Source of the DNA: Candidatus Eiseniibacteriota bacterium
GTDB lineage: Bacteria; Eisenbacteria; RBG-16-71-46; CAVPCR01
Assembly (NCBI GenBank): GCA_963823555.1
Contig: CAWGMA010000002.1
Span: 320,001 to 384,000 of the forward strand
Direction: 5' to 3'
Length of the DNA stretch: 64,000 nucleotides
Both the position numbers and the translations under genes were made by a program. This document shows positions 20,306 to 29,642 of this stretch, one piece after another; position 1 is the stretch's first letter, and every line of letters begins with the position of its first letter. Below the pieces are notes generated by a model, which saw nothing but the letters and a program-made list of their open reading frames with translations, did no database searches and was not told the origin of the DNA.

Positions 20306-20350
20306 ATGACGACCGCCACTGTGTTCCAGGGAGCCCACTCCGGCCGTTAG
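20306..20350 (+). CDS. Candidate 14-aa leader peptide (MTTATVFQGAHSGR)
   Basis: Strong GGAGGTGA RBS before the ATG, inside the roughly 290-nt 5' leader of rsgA. Confidence 0.4.
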   Translation: MTTATVFQGAHSGR

Positions 20351-20533
20351 GCCGCGTCTGCACGCCCGCCTTTCGGCCGACTCCCGGTCGGCTTCCCGCT
20401 AGCCCAGATCCTCGTTCATCAAGGCTCTTGCCTGGCGCTTCGCTGCGCCCTGGCGTGCCTGCGACCGTGTCCGGGGCTCGCGCCATGCCGTCCATGGCAC
20501 CTACCTGTTTGCCATAGGCAGAGGACAACCACA

Positions 20534-21619
20534 TTGCTGAGTCTGGAATCCCTGGGGTGGATCCCCTTTTTCGCAGAGCAGATCGATCTCAACGCAGAAC
20601 CAGATCGCACGCCGGTGCGTGTGGTCGAAGAGCAGCGCGGTCGCTACCGCGTCCTCGGCCCGGACGGGGAATGGCCGGCGGAGATCTCGGGGCGACTCCG
20701 TCACGCGGCGGCAGCGGATGAAGGCGAGTTCCCGGCGGTGGGCGACTGGGTCATGGCCCAGCTGCCGTCGCTTCCCAGCGGAGGCGTGGCGATCATCCAC
20801 CGTGTCCTTGCGCGCCGGAGCAAGTTCTCGCGCCGGGCGGCCGGTGAGCGCACCGTCGAACAGGTGATCGCGGCCAATGTCGACACCGTGTTCCTCGTGC
20901 AATCGCTGAACCGCAACTTCAACCTGCGCCGTCTGGAGCGCTACCTGGCTCTCCTCTGGGAGAGCGGTGCCCGGCCGGTCGCCGTTCTCAGCAAGGCGGA
21001 TCTGTGCCCTGATCCCGAGCGTCAGGTGGCGGCGGTCGAGGCGGTGGCGGCGGGCGTTGCGGTGCATGCCACGAGCGCACTCGTCGCCGGCGGTCTCGAT
21101 GGGCTCAGACCCTATCTCCGGTCGGGACAGACCGTGGCTCTGGTGGGTTCTTCAGGAGTCGGGAAGTCGACGATCGTGAACCGGCTCGCGGGTCGCGATC
21201 TGATCCCGGTCCAGGAAATCCGCGCCGATGACCGCGGCCGGCACACGACGACGGCTCGCCAGCTCGTGAGGTTGCCGGATGGGGCGATGCTCCTCGACAC
21301 GCCGGGTATGCGCACGGTCCTCATGTGGGAGGGCGAGGATGGTCTGGCGCAGACCTTCGCCGATGTCGAGACGCTGGCCGCGCGGTGTCGCTTCGGCGAT
21401 TGCACGCATGCCTCGGAGCCCGGGTGCGCCGTACGCGAGGCGATCGAGCGCGGGATGCTGGACGACGGACGGTTCTCGAGCTATCTCAAGCTCCAGCGTG
21501 AGGTCCGGCACCAGGCCAGGAAATCCGACCAGCGGCTGCGCCAGGCGGAACAGAAGCGATGGCGGCGGCTCAGTCTCGAGATGCGCCGGCGGCCGGACAA
21601 GCGCGCGGCGCGCCCCTGA
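20534..21619 (+). CDS. rsgA: Ribosome small subunit-dependent GTPase A
   Basis: PAVGDWV, SKADL, GSSGVGKST, GRHTTT, DTPGMR and the CRFGDCTHASEPGC zinc finger. Confidence 0.95.
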   Translation: MLSLESLGWIPFFAEQIDLNAEPDRTPVRVVEEQRGRYRVLGPDGEWPAEISGRLRHAAAADEGEFPAVGDWVMAQLPSLPSGGVAIIHRVLARRSKFSRRAAGERTVEQVIAANVDTVFLVQSLNRNFNLRRLERYLALLWESGARPVAVLSKADLCPDPERQVAAVEAVAAGVAVHATSALVAGGLDGLRPYLRSGQTVALVGSSGVGKSTIVNRLAGRDLIPVQEIRADDRGRHTTTARQLVRLPDGAMLLDTPGMRTVLMWEGEDGLAQTFADVETLAARCRFGDCTHASEPGCAVREAIERGMLDDGRFSSYLKLQREVRHQARKSDQRLRQAEQKRWRRLSLEMRRRPDKRAARP

Positions 21620-21635
21620 TGGACAAGGGGGAAAA

Positions 21636-21674
21636 GCAAGACCCCGGCGGACCGGGCTCCGCCGGGGTTCTTGC
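21636..21674. terminator. Hairpin terminator between convergent genes
   Basis: GCAAGACCCCGGCGGA...TCCGCCGGGGTTCTTGC inverted repeat with a T-run on the minus strand. Confidence 0.7.
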
Positions 21675-21694
21675 TGCCGGGACGGGGATCCAGG

Positions 21695-23815
21695 CTACTT
21701 GACGAGCACCATCGGCTGGACGGCCACCGTGCCGCCGGCGCTCAGACGCGCGTAGAAGACTCCCGCCGGCACGCTCTTGCCGGCCGAGTCCTTGCCATCC
21801 CATACCGCCTCATCGCTGCCCGCGGCGAGAGCCCCCTCGCTCAGGGTGCGCACGAGGCGGCCGGAGGCGTCATAGATGTCGAGGCGAGCCGTCATGTTCG
21901 CCGCCAGCTCGAACGGGATCACGACCGATCGCGAGAAGGGATTCGGGCGCGCCGGCATGAGCGCGACGCGGCTCACCGCGGGCGCCCCGGGGACACCGAG
22001 CACGGTGTTCTGCGGGCCGGTCGTCGTGGCCAGGACCTCGGTGCCGGTGCCTGGCTTGAAGATGCCGAGCGTGGCATCGATCGCTGCGGGCGGGGTCTCG
22101 GCGTCGAAGCGGAAGTTGAACATGTAGCCGAACACGAGCGAGTTGGCGTTCGGGTTCTGGTCGTAGGTCTCGGTGCTCCAGGTGAGCGTCGAGCCGTCGA
22201 GGGTGACCTGCCAGTCGTTGCCGGCGTCGAAGTCGTTGTCATGGAAGCCGAGGTTCGTGATGCCCGGCACGCCGACCACGGGCAGGCTGAAGGAGCGGAT
22301 CTCGCGATCCGAGTCCTTGTTGAGAAGCGCGTACTCGTAGTGCCAGGTGCCGTTGCCGAGGTCGGTGGCCTGGACCGCGAGCATGACCTCGCCGTCGGCA
22401 GCGGCGACATTGATCGTCGTCTGCTGGTCGCCCCACCGGCCGAGCGCTGGCCCCTCGACGAGCGGGTTGTTCGATGAGGGTGTCGTGAAGTTCCATACGC
22501 TGCCGCTCCAGCTCATGGTGCACCGACGCGAGCCCCAGTTGTTCATCCGGCTGCCGTCGTTGCGGACGACATAATAGCCCTCGTAGTAGTACTCAGCGCC
22601 TGCGTTGTTGAGATCGGCGTCGAGGACCTGGAGCCGGTGGTCGATGTCGGAATGACCGGAGCCGGTGTGGCGGCGCACGCAGTCAGGTTGCCCGCCAGCG
22701 AAGTGCGATCCCGTGCATTCCCAGGTGCCGAGAAAGGGATCGACTTCGCTGCGCGGGCCGAGGTAATTACGATCGCGGTTGTTGCCTGGACCGTAGGTGT
22801 CCGAGCAGCCGACGCCGAGGAAGGTGCCGTTCGAGGGGTGCTGGCAGGGCGTGCACTGGCTGTTGGAAAGAGCGAAGAAGCCGTGCTTCATCCATGACAC
22901 GCCGACCTGCTCGAAGCGCCCATCCTTGAGCCGGTAGAGCGCCATGTGGATGAGGGGATGATCCTCCTGCATGGGAGCGAGCCAGGGCACGTCCACATCA
23001 CCCACGTTGCAGCTCGTGGTGGCCATGGTGAGGGCGGCGATCCCGTTCGGGTAGGTCCCCTCGTGTCCGGCCTGCTGGATCGAGTCGAGAATGCCGAGCT
23101 TGACGTCCGTGAGCCCACCTTCGAATACAGGCACGTAGGGCTCGGGCTCGATTCCGTGCGCTTCCACGAGCTCGGCTTGGGCCACGACCTCGACCAGCCC
23201 CACGAACCACCCCGCCAGATCGGGACGACCCATCTGCTCCGCCCACGGCTTGCTTATGCGGGCGTTCAGATAGTGAATGTAGAGCCGCTGTTCCTTGCGA
23301 TCGAAGCGGAACATCGAGTCGTGTAGCTCGAAGACGAGCGGGCTGTCCGGGACGCCAGCCCGCATGTAGAGGGAGGGGTACAGCTCGCGATCGTCAGGCG
23401 AATACACCTGGGGATCGATGTAGGCGATCTCCGGCGTGTCCACCACCTCGCGCTTGCCGGAGGCGGTATTGACGATCGTGAAGGATCCCTGGAGGCGGAT
23501 GGCGCCGCCCGCGATCCCGCCCGGGACCGGGACCCCGGCCAGAGTGCTGAACTGGAGATCAGAGCTCGGGTCGATGGCGAAGGTCCAGTTCGGGTGCTCC
23601 ATCGGCTTGACGGAGGGCTGGTCCAGATTGCCGGCGACGTCCGCGATCTCGATTCCGAGGTCCGAGAGCAGATGGGTGCTGAGGTGGATCGACGTATCAC
23701 CCGAGCGCACGGTCCAGATCTCTTCGGCCGCAGCCCGGCTTCCAGAAAGGGCGAGGATGCCCATCGCCATGATCATGAGAGCCGGAACGACCCTCACCAT
23801 GGAGGTCTTTTGCAT
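21695..23815 (-). CDS. Secreted Cys/His-rich protein with a possible lysyl-oxidase-like domain and a FlgD-Ig C-terminal domain
   Basis: Signal peptide; NVGDVD..YRL..MKHGF..LGVGCSDTY; PNPF...YDASGRLVRTL...WDGKD tail. Confidence 0.75.
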   Translation of the reverse strand: MQKTSMVRVVPALMIMAMGILALSGSRAAAEEIWTVRSGDTSIHLSTHLLSDLGIEIADVAGNLDQPSVKPMEHPNWTFAIDPSSDLQFSTLAGVPVPGGIAGGAIRLQGSFTIVNTASGKREVVDTPEIAYIDPQVYSPDDRELYPSLYMRAGVPDSPLVFELHDSMFRFDRKEQRLYIHYLNARISKPWAEQMGRPDLAGWFVGLVEVVAQAELVEAHGIEPEPYVPVFEGGLTDVKLGILDSIQQAGHEGTYPNGIAALTMATTSCNVGDVDVPWLAPMQEDHPLIHMALYRLKDGRFEQVGVSWMKHGFFALSNSQCTPCQHPSNGTFLGVGCSDTYGPGNNRDRNYLGPRSEVDPFLGTWECTGSHFAGGQPDCVRRHTGSGHSDIDHRLQVLDADLNNAGAEYYYEGYYVVRNDGSRMNNWGSRRCTMSWSGSVWNFTTPSSNNPLVEGPALGRWGDQQTTINVAAADGEVMLAVQATDLGNGTWHYEYALLNKDSDREIRSFSLPVVGVPGITNLGFHDNDFDAGNDWQVTLDGSTLTWSTETYDQNPNANSLVFGYMFNFRFDAETPPAAIDATLGIFKPGTGTEVLATTTGPQNTVLGVPGAPAVSRVALMPARPNPFSRSVVIPFELAANMTARLDIYDASGRLVRTLSEGALAAGSDEAVWDGKDSAGKSVPAGVFYARLSAGGTVAVQPMVLVK

Positions 23816-24025
23816 GAACTCCTCTTCGCTCGATGAGTGGTGGGGTAGAAACCTGCTGGCCGCCGGGACTGGACAGAGAGGCAGGATCCGCTGGACTCCA
23901 CAATAATACCGGGGAGCAGTGGGCTACAGCAAGACGACTGTCTTGCCAATGTGAAGAAAAGAACCGGCCAACAGATCATCATGTGTTGGTAATCACATGA
24001 CGACATCGGCAATGTTCAAGAGGAA

Positions 24026-24054
24026 ACGGCCACCACCTCATGGGCGGTGGCCGT
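24026..24054 (-). terminator. Possible terminator
   Basis: ACGGCCACC...GGTGGCCGT hairpin after the stop at 24076, followed by pyrimidines on the minus strand. Confidence 0.45.
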
Positions 24055-24075
24055 GGCGGCAAGTGGCGCCGGCTT

Positions 24076-25593
24076 CTAGCGGATGAGAACGAGGCGCCGC
24101 GTCCGAGCCTCGCCGTTCACCTCGGCGCGGACGAAGTAGTTACCGGATGGGCTCGCGGCTCCGCTGGCGCTGACCCCATCCCAGGCGAAGGTGCGGCTTC
24201 CGGCGGTGATCGTCTCTCCCGAGGCAAGCGTCCGCACCAGGCGTCCGGCCGCGTCGAAGATCTCGAGCGTGAGCTCTCCCTCCTGCGCCGTCTGGATCCC
24301 GAACTGCGTGAGGCCGGGGAACGGATTCGGGCTCGCCGGCGTGAGCGCGAAGCGCGGGGCGGATGGCGCTTCGCCCCCGACCCCGACCGTGTCGGACACG
24401 ATCTTGTAGATCTCGCCGTTCGTGCCCGAGCCGCGGTCGCAGAGGTAGAGCTCGCCGCTTCCGTCCTCGCCGAAGCCAGCGATCGATTGGAGCGAGAGCC
24501 CGCCGCCCGGCGCCAGCTCGCTCGTGCGCTCGGTGAACTCGGTCACCACCCCGTTCACGACCTTGAACGACCACACCTGGTTCGAGCAGAAGTCGGCGAA
24601 GAAGTAGTGGCCCGCGATCTCGGGGACGGCGCTGCCGCGATAGACATAGCCGCCGGTGATCGAGCAGCGGAAGGGCGTGCCGCCGTGGCTGTACTCGTGG
24701 ATCGGAAGCGTGAGGAACGGCTCGCCGGGGTTGCAGTTCTGCGGCGGGTTGTAGCAGTGGAGCCCCTCCATCAGCCGCCAGCCGTAGTTCTGGCCGCCCG
24801 AGTCCGGGAGCGCGGGCTGGAAATCGATCTCCTCCCAGGCGTTCTGGCCGACATCGGCGATATACATGTCGCCGGTCAGGCGGTCGAAGCTCCAGCGATA
24901 CGGGTTCCTGACCCCTTTGGCCCAGATCTCGTCGAGCGGGAGCCCGGGAGCGGCGAAGGGATTGGTCGGCGGGATGGCATAGGGCGTGCCGCCATCGACG
25001 TCGATCCGGAGCATCTTGCCGAGGAGCGTGTCGTCGCGCTGCCCGTTGTTGCTCGGATCGCCGGCGCTGCCCCCGTCGCCCATGCCGATGTAGAGGTAAC
25101 CGTCGTTGGGGCCGAAGAGGAGCGTCCCACCGTTGTGGTTGGTGTCGGGCTGATCGACGGTGAGGATCAAGAAGGCGCTCGTGACGTCGGCCGAGTCGGG
25201 GTCCGAGGACACGGTGTAGCGAGCGATCACCGTGTCGCTCGCGAGATTGGTGTAGTCGATGTAGAAGTACCCGTTCGTGGCGAAATCGGGGTGGAAGGCG
25301 AGGCCGAGGAGGCCGCGCTCGTCGTTGCCCGAGATGTTGGGGACCAGCGCGTCGATGTCGAGGAAGGGTCGCGTGAGCACCTGTCCGTTGCGCCAGATCT
25401 TGATGACTCCGCGTTGCTCGATGATGAACAGCCGGTCGTCCCCGGGCGGGGCGGTGACGAAGATGGGCCGGTTGAGCCCGGAGGCGATGCGCTCGGTCGA
25501 GAGCGCCGCGCGGGCGGGCTCCGAGGTCATGAACCCCGCGAGGAGAGCCAGCGCGAGGCCCGGAAGGGCGAGGGAGAAGGGGCGACGGGTCAT
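24076..25593 (-). CDS. PQQ-dependent glucose/sorbosone dehydrogenase family protein + FlgD-Ig domain
   Basis: ERGLLGLAFHPDF, NHNGG, GDGG, GVRNPYRWSFD and DVGQNAWEEID motifs; PNPF..WDG tail. Confidence 0.92.
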   Translation of the reverse strand: MTRRPFSLALPGLALALLAGFMTSEPARAALSTERIASGLNRPIFVTAPPGDDRLFIIEQRGVIKIWRNGQVLTRPFLDIDALVPNISGNDERGLLGLAFHPDFATNGYFYIDYTNLASDTVIARYTVSSDPDSADVTSAFLILTVDQPDTNHNGGTLLFGPNDGYLYIGMGDGGSAGDPSNNGQRDDTLLGKMLRIDVDGGTPYAIPPTNPFAAPGLPLDEIWAKGVRNPYRWSFDRLTGDMYIADVGQNAWEEIDFQPALPDSGGQNYGWRLMEGLHCYNPPQNCNPGEPFLTLPIHEYSHGGTPFRCSITGGYVYRGSAVPEIAGHYFFADFCSNQVWSFKVVNGVVTEFTERTSELAPGGGLSLQSIAGFGEDGSGELYLCDRGSGTNGEIYKIVSDTVGVGGEAPSAPRFALTPASPNPFPGLTQFGIQTAQEGELTLEIFDAAGRLVRTLASGETITAGSRTFAWDGVSASGAASPSGNYFVRAEVNGEARTRRLVLIR

Positions 25594-25858
25594 GGCAGGT
25601 CCTCTTCTGGGATAGGGTTCGCGCGATCGACGAGGTCAGCAGGGAGTGGCCGGCGGAGCCGGGATCCTCCCTTGGGATTCGAGCACGCCTGCCGCGGATG
25701 CACGGATTGCCGGCGCGTCGGGAATGGGGACAACGAGGTGCGATATGCGCGCGAGACGGATGGAGATATGCTTGAGGGGGCAGTCCCGGCCGCTGGCACC
25801 GCCGGCGCGCCCGGCGCGACCAGCTGTCTCCGCCGCTCTGCGGCGGGAGGAGGCGGAT

Positions 25859-26773
25859 ATGAGAATCCTCTTCACCCTTGTCCTCATGCTCGGAACGGCC
25901 GGGCTGGCGCATGGGGCGCCGACCGTGTACACGGACGAGAGCGCCTTTCTCGCTGATCTCTCCCTGCTCGGGTATCAGATCCTCACGGAGAGCTTCGAGG
26001 ACGATGCTGCCTGGGGCTCGGTGCGGACCACGATCGGCGGGGGTACGCACACGGCGCCGAGCATCACCCATCTCGGCGTCACCTGGATGGCCAACAACCC
26101 GAACGGCGGGGTGACGACCGGAAACGGCCCCGCCCGTACCGGAGAATGGGGTTTCTTCTGCCTGCCCCACGGCGATTACCCCAACGGGGTTCGCGACGGC
26201 TTCGTCGCGACGTCGGCTCAGCCCATCTTCGGCGTCGGCGGGTGGTTCGTGACCAACACTCCATTCGCCAAGATCGTCATCATCCTCGATGGCGGCCGCA
26301 TCGCCGACTTCGGGGACCGGCTGCTCGGCAGCCAGCATGACTTCTATGGTGTCATCGACACGGATGGATTCTCGAGCTTCGAGGTGAACGAAACCGAGGG
26401 CACGCTGGAAGATCAGAAGTTCATCTTTGCCGATGACTTCTCGTTCACGCCGGCGGAGCTGATCGCGGTCGCGGACCAGCCCGCGGCGGTCCCTCATTTC
26501 GGGTTCCTCCCCGGTGTTCCGAACCCATTCAGGTCGACGACGCAGCTTCGCTACGAGCTATCCCGGCCGTCTCGGGTCACTCTCCAGATTCGCGATGTGT
26601 CGGGCCGGCTGGTGCGAGAGCTCTGCCGTGACGCCGACCAGCTTGCCGGGCTGCACGTCGCAGCATGGGATGGCAGGGATGCCCGCGGAGGCCTTGTTCC
26701 CAGCGGGATCTACTTCTCCAGCCTGGAAGGGGACGGCAAGGTCCAGACAGGACGAATCGTCCTGGTTCGTTGA
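25859..26773 (+). CDS. Secreted protein with FlgD-Ig C-terminal domain
   Basis: GGAGG RBS, signal peptide, PNPF...DVSGRLVREL...WDGRD..SGIYF. Confidence 0.8.
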   Translation: MRILFTLVLMLGTAGLAHGAPTVYTDESAFLADLSLLGYQILTESFEDDAAWGSVRTTIGGGTHTAPSITHLGVTWMANNPNGGVTTGNGPARTGEWGFFCLPHGDYPNGVRDGFVATSAQPIFGVGGWFVTNTPFAKIVIILDGGRIADFGDRLLGSQHDFYGVIDTDGFSSFEVNETEGTLEDQKFIFADDFSFTPAELIAVADQPAAVPHFGFLPGVPNPFRSTTQLRYELSRPSRVTLQIRDVSGRLVRELCRDADQLAGLHVAAWDGRDARGGLVPSGIYFSSLEGDGKVQTGRIVLVR

Positions 26774-26808
26774 TTGTCCTCTGGCCGGGAGGGACCTATA
26801 GTCGCCCC

Positions 26809-28284
26809 ATGAACGCAAGGGACCGTCATCATCGCGCCGAACTCGAGCACATTGCCCGCCGGGCCATGCTCGAACGTGGCCTCCTCCCCGACTTCTCCCC
26901 ATCAGCGCTGCAAGAACTCGCCTCGATCCGGCCGGCGCCGGTCGGCGCCGACTCCTCCCGGCGCGATCTGCGCGACCTCCTCTGGGCTTCGATCGACAAC
27001 GACGATTCACGCGATCTCGATCAATTGACCGTCGCCGAGCGACTGGCGAACGGGGAGGTGCGCATCCTGGTCGCCATCGCCGAGGTCGATGCCCTGGTCG
27101 AGAAGGACTCGGCCATCGACGATCACGCGCGCCACAACACCACCTCGGTCTACACGCCCGCCAGGATCTTCCCGATGCTCCCCGAGACGCTCTCGACCGA
27201 CCTGACGTCGCTGGCCTACGCGGAGGAACGTCCCGCGATCGTCATCGACATGGCGATCGCCGAGGACGGTTCGATCCGGGATTCCGACCCTTATCGCGCA
27301 ACGGTGCGCAATCGCGCGAAGCTCGCCTACTCGAGCGTCGCGGCCTGGCTGGAAGAGGCCGGCCCGCTGCCGGCGGCGATCGCGGCTGTCCCCGGCCTCG
27401 AAGAGAACCTCCGTTTGCAGGATGAAGCCGCCCAGCTCCTGCGGTGCCGGCGTCACGAACAGGGGGCGTTGAATCTTGAGACCATCCAGGCGCGTCCGGT
27501 GTTCGACGGCGATGTGGTATCCAGTCTCGAGGTCGACGTGAAGAACCGGGCCCGGGAGCTGATCGAGGATCTCATGATCGCGGCCAACGGGCTCACGGCG
27601 CGCTATCTCAAGGCCAGGAACCTGCCGGCGCTCCGGCGCGTGGTGCGCCTGCCGAACCGGTGGGAGCGGATCATGGATGTCGCCGCTACCCTCGGGGATC
27701 GCCTGCCGGTGCGCCCGGAGGCGAAGGCCCTGGCCGAGTTCCTCGACCGGCAGCGGGAGAAGGACCCTCTCCGTTTCCCCGATCTCTCGCTCACGATCGT
27801 CAAGCTGATGGGCTCGGGCGAGTACACCGTCGAGTCTCCGGGTGACGCCCCGGAGGGCCATTTCGGTCTCGCGGTTCGCAACTACACGCACTCGACGGCC
27901 CCCAACCGGCGGTTCCCGGACCTCGTCACCCAGCGCCTCTTGAAGGCCGCACTGGTCGCGGAGGATCTGCCCTACTCGGTCGATGAGCTCGCGGAACTGG
28001 CGCGGCACTGCACCCGGAAGGAGGATGACGCCGACAAGGTGGAGCGGCTCGTCGCCAAGTCGGCTGCCGCGCTCCTCCTCGAGTCACGAGTCGGCGAACG
28101 ATTCGACGCGATCGTCACCGGGGCATCGCCGAAGGGGACGTGGGTTCGTACCCTCCATCCCCCGGTGGAGGGGATGCTGGTCGCCGGCGCGCGCGGGGTG
28201 GATGTCGGAGATCGGATCCGCGTCGAGCTCGTGAGCACCGACGTCGAGAACGGCTACATCGACTTCAAGAAGACACGGCCATAG
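26809..28284 (+). CDS. RNB-domain exoribonuclease (RNase II/R family)
   Basis: SIDNDDSRDLDQ, IEDLMIAAN, HFGLA and YTHSTAPNRRFPDL motifs; C-terminal S1-like domain. Confidence 0.92.
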   Translation: MNARDRHHRAELEHIARRAMLERGLLPDFSPSALQELASIRPAPVGADSSRRDLRDLLWASIDNDDSRDLDQLTVAERLANGEVRILVAIAEVDALVEKDSAIDDHARHNTTSVYTPARIFPMLPETLSTDLTSLAYAEERPAIVIDMAIAEDGSIRDSDPYRATVRNRAKLAYSSVAAWLEEAGPLPAAIAAVPGLEENLRLQDEAAQLLRCRRHEQGALNLETIQARPVFDGDVVSSLEVDVKNRARELIEDLMIAANGLTARYLKARNLPALRRVVRLPNRWERIMDVAATLGDRLPVRPEAKALAEFLDRQREKDPLRFPDLSLTIVKLMGSGEYTVESPGDAPEGHFGLAVRNYTHSTAPNRRFPDLVTQRLLKAALVAEDLPYSVDELAELARHCTRKEDDADKVERLVAKSAAALLLESRVGERFDAIVTGASPKGTWVRTLHPPVEGMLVAGARGVDVGDRIRVELVSTDVENGYIDFKKTRP

Positions 28285-28311
28285 GGGCGCGTCACGTCGC
28301 CGCCCGCTTCC

Positions 28312-29640
28312 CTAGCGTGAGCCGGCCGCTTCCGGACGCGGCCGCGCGTTGTACTTCTGGTAGAGCGCCCGGTGCCGGTTCGAAAGATCGACGTCGTGGC
28401 CCGAGATCCAGGCCCGGTGTACCTGGGTCGTGACCTCGAGCGGGTCGCCATCGACGAGGATCAGCGTGGCGTCCTTTCCCGGATCGATCGAGCCCAGACG
28501 GTCGGCGACGCCGAACACCTCCGCCGCGCCGAGGGTGAGGGCGCGGATGGCGGTCTCGCGCGGGAATCCGAAGGAGACCGCCTTGGCCGCCTCGTAGGGC
28601 ACGTTTCGTGCGTTCGCCGCACCGAAGCTGCCGGGCCCGGTGGAGAACAGGACCTGGACCCCCGCGGCATCGAGCTTCGCCGCGTTGGCATACGGTGTGT
28701 CGTAGGGCTCATAGCTGCGCGCCGGGAGGGTGTTCACGGGGTTCAGGATGACCGGGATCTTCCGTCGCGCGAGCTCATCGGCCACGCGCCAGGCATCGCA
28801 GCCGCCGGCGAGAATCATGTCGAGATCTTCCGCCCGGGTCCAGTCGAGCGCGGCCCGGATCTGCGCCAGATCATTGGCCTCGATGATGAGTGGAATCTCA
28901 CGCTCGACGACGGGCCGCATCGCCGCCCACGCGACATCCTCGTCATGCCGCGGCACGTCCTGTTCGCCCTCGGCTCCCCGCGCCCGCCAGTAGGCGCGGG
29001 CATCGGCGAACGCCTGGCTCAGCTCGCGGAGCGACTTCTCCCGCGCCTCGATCTGTTCCTCCGGCGTCTTCTTCGCCTCCGGCCGGCGATCGACCTGCAT
29101 TCCCGGCCAGCGCACGTGCATGGCGACAGGCGCCTTGATGGTCATCTCCTCCCAGGTCCAGCCGTCGAGCGTGATCAGGGCCGATGTGCCCGCGATCAAG
29201 CCGCCACGTCCCGCGGTGAGCGCCAGGAGCACACCGTTGGCGCGGGTCACCGGGATCAGCTCCGAGCTCGGATTGAGCGCCACCTCGGCGCGGGCGTCGG
29301 GGTTGAGCCTTCCGACCTCGGCCACATCGACCGTGGCGCGCACGGCGCCGATCTCGACCAGACCGAGAACGGTGTTGGCGTTCACGAGACCGGGATAGAG
29401 CTGCAGGCCCGAACCATCCACGCGCTCGGCATCGGCGGGGGCCGGCGTCGAGGCGGCAGGTCCAACGGCCGTGATCTTGCCTTTCGCGTCGATCACCACG
29501 ATGCCGCTCTCGATATCGGGTCCGCTCACGCGATGAACCGTGGCGCCGACGATGGCGAGAGGACGCTCGCGGTCCGGCGTGGCGGCCAGGGTGAGCGCCG
29601 GGAGGAGAGCCGAGAGCGCGATGATCCCACCGACTCGCAT
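28312..29640 (-). CDS. Amidohydrolase-family protein (degenerate metal site), exported
   Basis: PGLVNANT in place of DxHxH; LGSIDPGKDATL. Confidence 0.85.
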   Translation of the reverse strand: MRVGGIIALSALLPALTLAATPDRERPLAIVGATVHRVSGPDIESGIVVIDAKGKITAVGPAASTPAPADAERVDGSGLQLYPGLVNANTVLGLVEIGAVRATVDVAEVGRLNPDARAEVALNPSSELIPVTRANGVLLALTAGRGGLIAGTSALITLDGWTWEEMTIKAPVAMHVRWPGMQVDRRPEAKKTPEEQIEAREKSLRELSQAFADARAYWRARGAEGEQDVPRHDEDVAWAAMRPVVEREIPLIIEANDLAQIRAALDWTRAEDLDMILAGGCDAWRVADELARRKIPVILNPVNTLPARSYEPYDTPYANAAKLDAAGVQVLFSTGPGSFGAANARNVPYEAAKAVSFGFPRETAIRALTLGAAEVFGVADRLGSIDPGKDATLILVDGDPLEVTTQVHRAWISGHDVDLSNRHRALYQKYNARPRPEAAGSR

Positions 29641-29642
29641 CG

